A stretch of DNA of 63,990 bases, filler included, from an uncultured Methanosarcinales archaeon (GCA_964397315.1; 8 parts of 8 records of this genome joined end to end with filler, not necessarily neighbours in it), one strand, 5' to 3'; shown: positions 1-9,098, counted from the whole stretch's first letter. Notes: a model not told the origin generated them from the letters alone. Numbers and translations are program-made.

Positions 1-97
1 CTAAGCAGAATACTGGTTTATATATAAATATTAGGAATTTCGCACCAACCTCGGAAGCACCATAACCTATTTAAATACGGCAGAATGCCCCTCAAGC

Positions 98-502
98 ATG
101 CCTGAGAAGAAAAAAGTCATCCTGGATACCAATTTCCTACTCATTCCGGCCCAATTCGGTTTTGATATATTCACAGAACTCCAAAGAATCTGTGATTTTA
201 ACTATGAGCTGTTTATATTTGACAAGAGCCTTGATGAGCTTGAGAGAAGCGCTGAGAAACAAAAAGGAGCTCAGAAACACCTTGTTAAGACAGCGATTTC
301 GCTTACAGAGACCATGAAAAACAATAACAAACTTAATATAATACCAGCAAAAACAGCATATATTGACAGGGAGATCCTTGAGGCAGCTGATAAGGACACT
401 GTAGTGGCCACTCAGGACAAGGAGCTAAGGAAGAAGCTCCGCCAGAGGGGCATAAGAACCATAATCATGAAGCAGGGGAAATACCTTGCTTTTGAGGGGT
501 GA
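98..502 (+). CDS. PIN-domain protein (Fcf1/Utp24-like)
   Basis: VILDTNFL PIN motif and VATQDKELRKKL; typical position upstream of rpoE. Confidence 0.85.
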   Translation: MPEKKKVILDTNFLLIPAQFGFDIFTELQRICDFNYELFIFDKSLDELERSAEKQKGAQKHLVKTAISLTETMKNNNKLNIIPAKTAYIDREILEAADKDTVVATQDKELRKKLRQRGIRTIIMKQGKYLAFEG

Positions 503-505
503 AGA

Positions 506-1099
506 ATGTTTTACAGGGTAGAAGTTAACGACCACATAAGGGTTCCTCCAAAGATATTCAATCTTGACACAAAGGAGGCAGTAATCCAGAGAATCAAGAA
601 GAAGTTTGAGGGTTACATCTCAAAGGACATAGGCGTTGTCATAGACGTTGCTGATGTCAAGGAGATAGATGAGGGCACTGTGATAACCGGGGACGGCGCG
701 GCATACTACAACACCACGTTTGAGCTCTATACCTTCAAGCCGGAGATGCAGGAGGTTCTGCTCGGCAACGTGAGGGACATCGCAGACTTTGGAGTGTTCA
801 TGAACCTCGGCCCCATAGAGGGCATGATACACATAAGCCAGGCAATGGATGATTACGTGAGCTTCAGCAAGGAAAAGGTTCTCACAGGAAAGGAATCAAA
901 AAGAATACTCAAGGTAGGGGACAAGTGCAAGGCAAGGATGATTGCAGTGAGCTTCAAGGATGTCATGAACCCCAAGCTGGGCCTGACCATGAGGCAGCCG
1001 TACCTCGGAAAGCTGGAATGGGTTTACGAGGACAATGAGCAGAAAGAGGAAGGCCAGAAGGAAAGCAAGAAAAGCAAGACCAAAGAGGCCAAAAAATGA
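506..1099 (+). CDS. rpoE1: DNA-directed RNA polymerase subunit E' (Rpo7)
   Basis: GDGAAYY motif; S1 domain FGVFMNLGPIEGMIHISQ; LTMRQPYLGK. Confidence 0.96.
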   Translation: MFYRVEVNDHIRVPPKIFNLDTKEAVIQRIKKKFEGYISKDIGVVIDVADVKEIDEGTVITGDGAAYYNTTFELYTFKPEMQEVLLGNVRDIADFGVFMNLGPIEGMIHISQAMDDYVSFSKEKVLTGKESKRILKVGDKCKARMIAVSFKDVMNPKLGLTMRQPYLGKLEWVYEDNEQKEEGQKESKKSKTKEAKK

Positions 1100-1281
1100 A
1101 AAAGAAAGTGTGCAAGAAATGCAGGATATTTTATGATGGGGAGCAGTGCCCGATATGCAAGGGCACGGCCACTGCCTCAGTGTGGAGGGGCAGGCTTTAC
1201 ATAGCTGACAAGGAGAATTCAACAATCGCAAAGAAAGTGGGGCTTACAAGGAACGGAGAATACGCAATAAAAGTGAGGTAA
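1096..1281 (+). CDS. spt4: Transcription elongation factor Spt4 (RpoE'')
   Basis: CxxC..CPxC zinc ribbon, W-G motif, GEYAIKVR C-terminus; overlaps rpoE1 stop. Confidence 0.95.
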   Translation: MKKKVCKKCRIFYDGEQCPICKGTATASVWRGRLYIADKENSTIAKKVGLTRNGEYAIKVR

Positions 1282-1287
1282 ACCTCA

Positions 1288-1746
1288 ATGCAGATGGAGA
1301 TAAAGAAGGAAAGAGAAACGCCCCTCCTCTCAAGAAAGAGGACAACATGCATGGTGGAGTATGAGGGGGCAACGCCGTCAAGGCTGGAATTCAGGAAAGC
1401 AGTGTCCTCAAAGCTGAAGGCCCCTGAGGAGCTCACCATCATAAAGCACATATACACCAGATTCGGCCAGAACAAGGCCAAGGTGATAGCGCACATATAC
1501 AAGAGCAAGGAAGATATGCAGATGATAGAGGAGGATTACCTGCTGAAGAAGCACCAGCGCAAGCAGGAGGCTGAAGAGGGAAAGGAGCAGCCCCAGGCAA
1601 AGGAGGAGAAGCCTGCTGAGGCAGGAAAGGAAGATTCTGAGCAAGGGCAGGACAAGGCTGAGGGCAAGCCGGCAGAGGATAACAAAGAGGAGGCTCCTGC
1701 CGGCGGGGCAGAAGATGAGAAGCCAGCTGAAGAGAGCAAAGAGTGA
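1288..1746 (+). CDS. rps24e: 30S ribosomal protein S24e with acidic C-terminal extension
   Basis: TPLLSRK, GATPSR, IYTRFG motifs; conserved operon context. Confidence 0.93.
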   Translation: MQMEIKKERETPLLSRKRTTCMVEYEGATPSRLEFRKAVSSKLKAPEELTIIKHIYTRFGQNKAKVIAHIYKSKEDMQMIEEDYLLKKHQRKQEAEEGKEQPQAKEEKPAEAGKEDSEQGQDKAEGKPAEDNKEEAPAGGAEDEKPAEESKE

Positions 1747-1751
1747 TTATC

Positions 1752-2009
1752 ATGGCAAAAAAGAAGAAGCCAAAATCCCATCCAAACCAGGTTTACAAGT
1801 CATATAAGGCAGAGGGGGATTCTGTTAGCAGGCTTAAGAAGTCATGCCCAAAGTGCGGCCAGGGAGTGTTCATGGCCCAGCACAAGGACAGGTCTACCTG
1901 CGGCAAGTGCAGGTACACAGAGTTCTCGGGAAAGGAAAAGCCAAAAGATGATAAGCCAAAGGAAACAAAGCCTGAGGCAGGAGACAAGAAAAAGCCTGCT
2001 GAATTATGA
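1752..2009 (+). CDS. rps27ae: 30S ribosomal protein S27ae
   Basis: [22 protein letters not shown] zinc finger; start placed at the ATG of MAKKKK. Confidence 0.95.
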   Translation: MAKKKKPKSHPNQVYKSYKAEGDSVSRLKKSCPKCGQGVFMAQHKDRSTCGKCRYTEFSGKEKPKDDKPKETKPEAGDKKKPAEL

Positions 2010-2059
2010 GGAGATGCGAACCAATATCTTTTTATAATAGTTTTCTATTGTTATAGTAA

Positions 2060-2266
2060 ATGGAAAGTGTAAATATACCAAAACACAAGCTCAGCAGAGT
2101 GATAGAGGATGTTGAGAAGCTGGTCTCTGATGTTGAGAATCTTGCCGGAGACCAGGACAATGTTGCAAAACAGAGGCTTGATGATGTTAAAAGAGGAGGT
2201 GTTGAAGGAAAATCGGAAAAAGAACTTGACAGTTATCTAAAAAAAAGAGGAGTGAAAATTGACTGA
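2060..2266 (+). CDS. Putative antitoxin
   Basis: 68-aa protein overlapping the start of a RelE-like toxin gene. Confidence 0.6.
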   Translation: MESVNIPKHKLSRVIEDVEKLVSDVENLAGDQDNVAKQRLDDVKRGGVEGKSEKELDSYLKKRGVKID

Positions 2267-2554
2267 GTGGGAAATAAAAGAGCATCCTGACTTCTTTAAT
2301 GATTTGGACAAGCTGGGAGTAAAGGAGTTGCAGATTCTCTATGACAAGAAAAAGAAGATAAAAGAGAACCCCTTGAGGCAAAAGCATTTAAGGGGGGATC
2401 AAATTGTTACAGGGAGGCTGTAACAGATAACATCAGGCTTATCTATTATGTTGAAAAAAACACAATCTGGCTTCTGACAGTTGGCTTGCACAAAAGAGCG
2501 TTTAAGGATTATCTAAGGAGGCTGCATTCACTTAAAAACAAGTTTGGTTTTTAG
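2259..2554 (+). pseudogene. RelE/ParE-family toxin, frameshifted at G6 run 2392-2397
   Basis: TTG start gives MTEWEIKEHPDFFNDLDKL...KIKENPLRQKHLRG; adding one G continues GSNCYREAVTDNIRLIYYVEKNTIWLLTVGLHKRAF...FGF* (RelE pattern). Confidence 0.75.
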
Positions 2555-2559
2555 AACAC

Positions 2560-3441
2560 TCACTTAATATCCTGCATTGCAAGAAGGTCTTCTGTTGTGA
2601 GCTTCTCTCCCCTCCTGACCTTTTCCTCAACCCGCTTCTGGAGCTCTGAAAGCTTCATCTTCTGCCTGCTTTTCTTCTCCCTGTCCTTCTCCTGCTTTTT
2701 CTCCCCTGCCTTTGCCCTGAGCTCATTTAGCTCAACAAGCTTGTTCTGCAGCTTTTCATTGACCTCCTGGAACTTGTTCTTGGCCTCCTGGAACCTTGCC
2801 GCAGCTTCTTTCTCCTTCTGCCTGAGCTCGTCAATGTCCCTTGACGACTCAATAAGGCCCTCGTGCTCTTCCTGGCCTGTTCTTGCCTTGTTCTGTATCC
2901 TCCTGTGGATCTCGTCAGCCTTTTCCCTGAGCCTGTCAATCTCTTTTGAAAGCTGGTGGGACTTCTCAAACACAGAGCTGATCTTCTTTGATTCATCATA
3001 GCTTTTTCTTAACTCCTTGATCTTTTCCATGAGCTTCTGCTCCTGGCTGTAGGGGAGGCCTTCTGTCTCTATCCTGTATTCCAGCTTTTCTATCTCCTCC
3101 TTTATCTTTGAAGGGTCCTCCTTTATCCTGTGCTTGCTCATCATCTCCTTCTTCTTCTTGTTCCGCTCTTTTACCTCTTTTATCTTTTCCTTGATCTCCT
3201 CGTTAAGTTTCTTTCTTTTTTCCTTGGCTTCCTTAACCCAGCCTGTTATCTCATCCCTCTTCTTCTTAGAGCTCTTTATTCCCCTTATGCTGTCAACAAT
3301 CTCCTTAGAAATCTTTTCCTTGCTCTTGAACAAGGACTCTTTCTTTTCATTCAGAGCGTTAAGCTCTTTCCTTAGAGAATCCACTTCCTTTTTGCCGCTG
3401 TTCAGTCTCTCAAATAGCTCCTTGCTGTTCTTATCTTCCAT
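2560..3441 (-). CDS. Archaeal coiled-coil protein (COG1340-like)
   Basis: Long heptad K/E-rich protein ending GEKLTTEDLLAMQ. Confidence 0.75.
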   Translation of the reverse strand: MEDKNSKELFERLNSGKKEVDSLRKELNALNEKKESLFKSKEKISKEIVDSIRGIKSSKKKRDEITGWVKEAKEKRKKLNEEIKEKIKEVKERNKKKKEMMSKHRIKEDPSKIKEEIEKLEYRIETEGLPYSQEQKLMEKIKELRKSYDESKKISSVFEKSHQLSKEIDRLREKADEIHRRIQNKARTGQEEHEGLIESSRDIDELRQKEKEAAARFQEAKNKFQEVNEKLQNKLVELNELRAKAGEKKQEKDREKKSRQKMKLSELQKRVEEKVRRGEKLTTEDLLAMQDIK

Positions 3442-3490
3442 TTAAATCACTTTCCATTGTAATCAAAGGGGCGCTTGAAAGCGCCTTAAA

Positions 3491-3586
3491 CCACAAAGCC
3501 TTGAAAGCGGCGCTGTTTAAAGGACAAAAATCCGCCTGCAGGAGCAGGTTCAATTCCCCCTGCTTCAGCTAGCTCCGGCGGATTTT
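3491..3586 (+). repeat. Palindromic dispersed element, CCACAAAGCC...CAAAAATCCGCC...GGCGGATTTT family, copy 1
   Basis: AAAATCCGCC/GGCGGATTTT inverted repeat; block-wise homology to 5864-6001 on the minus strand. Confidence 0.6.
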
Positions 3587-3587
3587 A

Positions 3588-3905
3588 TCATCCAAAGAGT
3601 GAACCAAGACCTGCTGCTGCCTGCTCCTCTGATTTCTTGTCCTCTTCCTCTTTCTTCTCCTCTTCCTTCTTGCCCTCTTCTGCAGCCTGAGCTTCGCCTC
3701 CTGCTGCAGGAGCTGCTGGCGCAGGAGCTGCTGCTGCCTTCTCTATAGCCTCGTCTATGTTGACTCCTTCAAGCGCTGCCACCAATGCCTTGATCCTTGC
3801 ATCGTCCGGCTTGGCGCCTGCTGCTTCCATCACTTTCTTGACAGTAGCTTCGTCCACTTTTCCGCCGGCTTTGTGTATCAACATCGCGGCATAAACGTAT
3901 TCCAT
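3588..3905 (-). CDS. rpl12: 50S ribosomal stalk protein P1/L12
   Basis: [12 protein letters not shown]-terminus, Ala-rich hinge, [11 protein letters not shown]-terminus. Confidence 0.97.
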   Translation of the reverse strand: MEYVYAAMLIHKAGGKVDEATVKKVMEAAGAKPDDARIKALVAALEGVNIDEAIEKAAAAPAPAAPAAGGEAQAAEEGKKEEEKKEEEDKKSEEQAAAGLGSLFG

Positions 3906-3974
3906 CTTGCTCTACCTCCACAACTTGTTTAAAGGACCAAAAATCATTTGATTCTTGATGCCTCCTGTAAGCAT

Positions 3975-5006
3975 TTATTCCTTTTCTCCCTCAGGCTTGT
4001 CTCCGGAGCCTTCAGGAGCCTCACCCTCTTTTGGTTTTTCTTCCTGGCCTGCCCCTTCGCTGCCTTCTGCCTCTGGCTTTTGCCCGGCTTCCTGCTGTTC
4101 TTCTCCTGTCTGCTCCTTGATTTCCTCTTTTGCAGGCTCTTCAGGAAGATTGAGCGCTGACTTGAGGCACTGCATCTCTGACTCTGCTGTCACGAGAAGC
4201 TCCTCAACCATGCTGTCAGCGAGTATTGTCGCTTCTCTTGCTAGGGCTCTTGACTCCATCTCAGCCTTGGTTATGAGGAACTCTGTGGTGTCAGTGTTCT
4301 TTATTCCCGCCTCAATGGCAAGGTTGAACGCCCATGAGTGGGCCTGCATTATCTTGCCCTTGTATTCCCCCTCATCAAAAGCGAGTATGTCCTTCTCATA
4401 TATTATGCCCTCCTCATAGATTGCTTTCACGTCAAGGCCTATCTCCATCGGCTCAATACCAAGCCTTGAAAGGATTGATGCCATATTCTCCCCTATGGCC
4501 TCCCCCTCTTTCACAACAACTGCATTCTCTTTTATGGCTACTTTCCCCCCTTCCACACTTGTTTTTATTCCCACTGCCCCCAGCTCGCCTATTATCGGCC
4601 CAGGAGCAAAAGGTGTTGGGCCTGCCTTGACAGCAACGTCCTTCGGAGCTGTCTGGCCCGGCTTTGCAGGGGCAGGAGACTTGCTCTTGTTTATTGTGTT
4701 GTATATCCTGAAGGGGTTTTCATTAGTGAACATCAGGGCAGGCATCCCTTTCATGTACTGAAGGAGGTTTTCAATGCCTTTCTTCTCCCCCTTTACCTGT
4801 TCTATGGCCAGCTTCATGAGCCTTTTCTTGGTCATGGTTATGTTAACCTTATCCCTGAGCTGGGCCCTCATCTTCTGAAGCTGGGGGGCTGGAAGGTTTT
4901 CCACGTCCAGGACTCCGACTATAGGATATTCCCTGAACAGTTTTACCAGGCTCTCAACAACCTTCTTCTTGTAAGGCGCGACATGCGCTTCTTTGTTGCC
5001 TGCCAT
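3975..5006 (-). CDS. rplP0: 50S ribosomal protein L10/P0
   Basis: LPAPQLQKMR, AGPTPFAPGP, LGIEPMEIGL motifs; L1-L10-L12 operon. Confidence 0.96.
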   Translation of the reverse strand: MAGNKEAHVAPYKKKVVESLVKLFREYPIVGVLDVENLPAPQLQKMRAQLRDKVNITMTKKRLMKLAIEQVKGEKKGIENLLQYMKGMPALMFTNENPFRIYNTINKSKSPAPAKPGQTAPKDVAVKAGPTPFAPGPIIGELGAVGIKTSVEGGKVAIKENAVVVKEGEAIGENMASILSRLGIEPMEIGLDVKAIYEEGIIYEKDILAFDEGEYKGKIMQAHSWAFNLAIEAGIKNTDTTEFLITKAEMESRALAREATILADSMVEELLVTAESEMQCLKSALNLPEEPAKEEIKEQTGEEQQEAGQKPEAEGSEGAGQEEKPKEGEAPEGSGDKPEGEKE

Positions 5007-5020
5007 TTTCACTTGATTTT

Positions 5021-5680
5021 TCACTTGATAATAACCGGTTTGCTCATCGTGAGCTTGAGGTATATGCTTTTTATGTTGTTCTTCTCAAGAGGAAGATGAT
5101 GTATGAGATTGTCATACACAGTCAGCACGTTATCAGCAATGTCTTTGTCATCCATCTCTTCGCTTCCCACAGGCACCTGTATCAGGGGCTTCTCTTTTGC
5201 ATAAAGCCTCACAGTGCTCTGCAGCTTATCGTAAACCGGCTTGAGGTTGGCTCCAGGAGGCACAACGCACCCTGACTTGGGGTCAGGCATCTTCTTCTTT
5301 GGCCCGAATACCTTGCCAAAAGAGCTTGCTACCTTCGGCATTATGTTCGCCTGGGCAATGAAGAAATTGAAATCCTTTGCCAGCTTTTTCAGCGCTTTCT
5401 TGTCATTTGCATAAGCGTCAAACTCGTCCTGGGTTATTGTCTTGTCGCATGCCTTCTCTGCCTCTTGCTTGAGCTCATGCCCCACAAGCGCGCATACCCT
5501 GGCCTTATTGCCCCTGCTCTTTGGGAGCTGGACATAAAGGTTGACCTGCTCTTCAGGCTTCTTCAGGTTAAGGTTACTTAGGTTTATTATAAGGTCAAAG
5601 CTCTGGGTGAAATTGCGCTTTTTAGAACTATCCTTAAGTCCTTTTATAACTTCCCTTATAGTGTTTTCGTCAACTGCCAT
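5021..5680 (-). CDS. rpl1: 50S ribosomal protein L1
   Basis: KRNFTQSFDLIINL, GPKKKMP, KLTMSKP; start at MAVDEN. Confidence 0.96.
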   Translation of the reverse strand: MAVDENTIREVIKGLKDSSKKRNFTQSFDLIINLSNLNLKKPEEQVNLYVQLPKSRGNKARVCALVGHELKQEAEKACDKTITQDEFDAYANDKKALKKLAKDFNFFIAQANIMPKVASSFGKVFGPKKKMPDPKSGCVVPPGANLKPVYDKLQSTVRLYAKEKPLIQVPVGSEEMDDKDIADNVLTVYDNLIHHLPLEKNNIKSIYLKLTMSKPVIIK

Positions 5681-5863
5681 TTTCCACCCTTCTATAGCCT
5701 TATAAAGGCGATAGTCCAAGGGTCTCACGCCTTGTTATTGGATTTTATGTAGGGAAAAGAGGGGGTTTATAAATATTATTGTTTGAGGGGGCCTGCTCAG
5801 GACAGGCAGCAGTCCTGTAATGGCTGCCGCCCTCTGAGGATTGTGTGGGATTTGCTTATGTAA

Positions 5864-6001
5864 CAAAAATCCGCAGCTCACGGTTAATAGGCTAAAGGCC
5901 ATGGCTTTAAGCAGCGTTTTTGACAGGCGGATTTTTGGAACTTTTAAAAGCCTTCATCTGCAACCTAAAGGTTTGCAGTTTTCGGCTTTGTGGAAATAAG
6001 A
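5864..6001 (-). repeat. Palindromic dispersed element, copy 2; supplies the last codons of the upstream CDS
   Basis: CAAAAATCCGC/GCGGATTTTTG inverted repeat; 29 bp (5973-6001) identical to 44899-44927. Confidence 0.65.
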
Positions 6002-6669
6002 GACTTTATCCTTGCCTTTCCCAGGGCCTTCTTCAGCCTTTTGTCAACCTCGTCGTAATTCTCAAACTCCCTCTCCCTTCTCCTGAACTCCCTGTCATGG
6101 AACCTGCTCCTGAAGCCTGCCTTGTGCCTGAACTTGTGGGCCTTGTGCAGCACCTCATGGTGCATTATGAAGTCCAGCAGCTCAGGGTCTTTATCCGTTA
6201 ATCCCCTGAAAAGGCCGCTTATCCTTATTGTGTCTGTCTTGTAATCATAGCTGCCCAAGCTTGTCCTGGAATTGATTCCCCACTCAAGATTGGGCTTTTC
6301 CACGATATGGTAGAAATATTTCTCATTAACCCTGTCAAAAGAGGCTGAGAGAAGAGGATCATCCCTGTATTTGGGTATTGCAAGGTGGAGGTTCCTGACA
6401 AAGCTGTTGTAAAGGTCAATATAGCTTGTGTTGAACTCTGTTCTGCCCTTCCTGCCCCAGAGCTTTAGCATCAGCTCCTGCAGCAGCCCCATCCTTATCT
6501 CCCTTGACACAGGCCTCCATTTTTTTGACAGGCTGAACTCCAGGCAGTTCCCCCTAAGCTTGACATTAGCTCCGTAATCCTTAAATCTGTTGTTATAGGT
6601 TATTCTGGCAGAATAATTGAATTCCTTTCCAGGATAAAGCAGGCTGAAGGTTTCCTCAACTAGTTTCAT
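5965..6669 (-). CDS. SprT/YgjP-like zinc metalloprotease domain protein
   Basis: FDRVNEKYF, LGSYD, HHEVLH (HExxH), FHDREF motifs. Confidence 0.75.
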   Translation of the reverse strand: MKLVEETFSLLYPGKEFNYSARITYNNRFKDYGANVKLRGNCLEFSLSKKWRPVSREIRMGLLQELMLKLWGRKGRTEFNTSYIDLYNSFVRNLHLAIPKYRDDPLLSASFDRVNEKYFYHIVEKPNLEWGINSRTSLGSYDYKTDTIRISGLFRGLTDKDPELLDFIMHHEVLHKAHKFRHKAGFRSRFHDREFRRREREFENYDEVDKRLKKALGKARIKSLISTKPKTANL

Positions 6670-7763
6670 TGCACCTCAAACCTCAGTATTGCAGCTATCT
6701 TCCCCAGGTCCTTGAGCTGAGAGCCCTCCCTTGTCTCAGTGGATATCATTCTTACGTCTGTGCTGAACTCCTGGGCCTTCTTGTCAAGCTCTTCAGCTGC
6801 GGCGTCATCAACCACTTCTGATATCAGAAGGGTCTCAACCGCGCCCATCTCAAGCTTCTTCCTTACATCCTCCATTCCATACGCGACCTTGTTCGGTTTT
6901 GTGGCAAGGAGAGTCATGAACTTCCCTATTATCTCCTTTTCTGCGGCAACATCCTCATCCGCAAGCACGTCCTGGCTCTTGTCCAGCAGCTCCTGCAGGC
7001 CGAACTCTCCTGTGTAGCTGAGGTCTTTTATCGCTATTATCTTCTTCTTGAGCTGGTCAGTTATGTAGCCGCCTTCCACGAACTCGTACTTTGTGGGGCC
7101 CGGCCCTCCAACTATGATGCCTTTCATGTCAGGCATCTCAAAGAACTGGGCTTTTACGTACTCGGCAACTTTCTTGAAATGGTCCTTTTTTGCACCCTCC
7201 CTGAGCCTTTCAAAACGGGCTGCTGACTGGCCTCCTGCGCGTGTCTTCCCTGGAACTTCAGAGTGTGTATTTACAAGGGGGACAATAGTCTTGCCTTTCA
7301 GAATAGCTATGTTTGCGTCCCTCCTGTCAACAACAACAAGCCCGTATATGTCCTTGTCCTCGCACATGTCCCTGAGAGGGTCAAGAAGGAATTCCTTGTC
7401 GCACCTGTATATCCTTATCTTAAGGGGCAATGGAGGCTCTATGGACCAGACATTCACATCGCTCTGACCCTCTCTCTCGCTTGTATTGCCTGAGAACACG
7501 GCAAGCCCATGCTCAGGAGTCTTCTTGTATATCTTGAGGTGCTGTATCATCTTCTCCAGGGCATCAATGACATTCTTCCTTGTTGAGGGGGACTTTATGT
7601 TGGTCGCAGTGCCCTGCTCCTCCTGGAGATGGTTTATTATCTTGTTCATGTCATATCCAGCGGATATGTAAACGCTTACAAGCTCTGTATGCCTGCCTCT
7701 GTATGACTCAAGCTCTTTCACGAATTTCCTCAGTTTGTACTTCTGGGCAGCTGTGATTCTCAT
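6666..7763 (-). CDS. prf1: Peptide chain release factor aRF1
   Basis: GRHTELVSVYI, NIKS, YRCDKEF and GGQS motifs. Confidence 0.97.
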   Translation of the reverse strand: MRITAAQKYKLRKFVKELESYRGRHTELVSVYISAGYDMNKIINHLQEEQGTATNIKSPSTRKNVIDALEKMIQHLKIYKKTPEHGLAVFSGNTSEREGQSDVNVWSIEPPLPLKIRIYRCDKEFLLDPLRDMCEDKDIYGLVVVDRRDANIAILKGKTIVPLVNTHSEVPGKTRAGGQSAARFERLREGAKKDHFKKVAEYVKAQFFEMPDMKGIIVGGPGPTKYEFVEGGYITDQLKKKIIAIKDLSYTGEFGLQELLDKSQDVLADEDVAAEKEIIGKFMTLLATKPNKVAYGMEDVRKKLEMGAVETLLISEVVDDAAAEELDKKAQEFSTDVRMISTETREGSQLKDLGKIAAILRFEVQ

Positions 7764-7923
7764 TTTATCCTCTGTTCCAAAGAACAAGAGATGGTTTATA
7801 AAAGTTGCTATAAGGGCATCAAACAGGATTTTTTGGCCTGATAACAGAAAGCTTTAAAAATGGCTTATTTTTCCTTGAATCCTAATCAGCACAGAACCTT
7901 TACCAATCCCTCTGAGCTTAACA

Positions 7924-8079
7924 GGGGCTGTGGGGTAGCTTGGTCAGCTCACATCCGGATTTGCCGGGCGGGCTGTGGCAATTATCCTTTCTGGCTTGGG
8001 ACCAGATGACCCCGGTTCAAATCCCCTGGGCCAAAAGCAGGCTCTGATGACTCAGGGAGTGAAAGTCCGGGCAGCCCCA
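7924..8079 (+). tRNA. tRNA-Pro(TGG) with two non-canonical introns (7944-7981 at 19/20; 8022-8065 at 59/60)
   Basis: Acceptor GGGGCTG/CAGCCCC, anticodon arm TCTGG-CTTGGGA-CCAGA, T stem CCCGG/CCGGG; removing the introns restores D-loop AGCTTGGTTA and T-loop TTCAAAT. Confidence 0.92.
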
Positions 8080-8175
8080 TTTGCTTTAAGGAGGGCTATG
8101 GATGAGAAGTGTGCTAAAGCCAGGAATTCAGGCCTGGCATAGCAAAAATGAAGTTGAGGCAGGGAAGTGTTCAGA

Positions 8176-8535
8176 ATGGCAATATCAAAATCAATATCAT
8201 CAATAAAAAGATTCGGCCCAAGGTATGGGAGGACTGTAAAGCACAAGTTCGGCTCATTGGAGGGTGTCCACAGGAGAAAGCACAAGTGCCCTTACTGCTC
8301 AAAGCAGAATGTCAAGAGAATAGCTGCAGGAATATGGCAGTGCAGCAAGTGCCGGGCCAAATTCGCAAGCAAGGCTTACACAGTGGCAAAGAGAAAGAGC
8401 ATGAAAGAGCTCACCTCAGACGTCGCAGGCTCAGAGCAAAGTGCAGAAGCTGCTGAAGAAACCTCCCCTGAGGAAACACCAGCAGAGGAAGCTGGTGAAG
8501 GGAGTCCTGAAGAGGAGAAAGAGGCTACTGCCTGA
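8176..8535 (+). CDS. rpl37ae: 50S ribosomal protein L37ae with acidic tail
   Basis: RFGPRYG, CPYC, GIWQCSKC motifs. Confidence 0.95.
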   Translation: MAISKSISSIKRFGPRYGRTVKHKFGSLEGVHRRKHKCPYCSKQNVKRIAAGIWQCSKCRAKFASKAYTVAKRKSMKELTSDVAGSEQSAEAAEETSPEETPAEEAGEGSPEEEKEATA

Positions 8536-8610
8536 GCAGGCCGGCGAATGCATTACATAATGATATATCGTAATATTTATATATAACATTGGGAGATAAT
8601 AAACTTCAAA

Positions 8611-8748
8611 ATGGCAGAATACAAGTGCTTCAAATGCGACAAGACCGTGAGCCCTGATTACCTTAGAAAAAAGGTAAGATGCCCCTACTGCGGGAGCAGA
8701 GTTCTATACAAGCCAAGAGGAGTAACCACAAAAGTAAAGGCAAGATAA
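8611..8748 (+). CDS. rpoP: RNA polymerase subunit P (Rpo12), 45 aa, missing from the ORF track
   Basis: MAEYKCFKCDKTVSPDYLRKKVRCPYCGSRVLYKPRGVTTKVKAR; canonical position after rpl37ae. Confidence 0.93.
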   Translation: MAEYKCFKCDKTVSPDYLRKKVRCPYCGSRVLYKPRGVTTKVKAR

Positions 8749-8763
8749 GCTGCAGAGGGCAAA

Positions 8764-9096
8764 ATGGCTGACCTCACCAAAGAACAGGAAGAGAAGATAT
8801 CACAGCTTCAGCAGATGGAGCAGAGCATCCAGAGCTTTATGATGCAGAAGCAGAACATCCAGTCCCAGCTTTCAGAGATAGAATCCGCCCTGAAAGAGCT
8901 GGAGAACACCAGCACAGCATACAAGATTGTGGGGAACATAATGGTCAGGTCAAAACAGGATGACCTGAAGAAAGACCTTGAGCAGAAAAGAGAGATAATG
9001 GGCCTCAAGATAAAGAATCTTGAAAAGCAGGAAGAGAGCGTAAAAAGCAAGGCTGAAAAGACGCAGTCTGAAGTTCTTAAGGGCATGAAAGAGTGA
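8764..9096 (+). CDS. pfdB: Prefoldin beta subunit
   Basis: ALKELE...AYKIVGNIMV coiled-coil and beta-hairpin pattern. Confidence 0.92.
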   Translation: MADLTKEQEEKISQLQQMEQSIQSFMMQKQNIQSQLSEIESALKELENTSTAYKIVGNIMVRSKQDDLKKDLEQKREIMGLKIKNLEKQEESVKSKAEKTQSEVLKGMKE

Positions 9097-9098
9097 AA

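Noticed and set aside
2010..2600. A gene-end duplication around the first toxin-antitoxin pair
   Set aside because: Unlike the alaX and AMMECR1 cassettes, no flanking direct repeat is visible.
2597..3445. Long antisense ORFs (also 20388-21359, 43773-44471, 46980-47792, 48329-48974 and others)
   Set aside because: S/F/L-rich shadows of real genes on the opposite strand.
3547..3557. GGTTCAATTCC T-loop-like motif
   Set aside because: No acceptor, D or anticodon arms can be built around it; it is the loop region of a palindromic repeat.
8044..8065. CTGATGA-CTC-AGG-GAG-TGAAA in the tRNA-Pro intron resembling a hammerhead core
   Set aside because: There is an extra U before GAAA and no convincing stems I/III with a cleavage triplet; these bases are explained by the BHB pairing.
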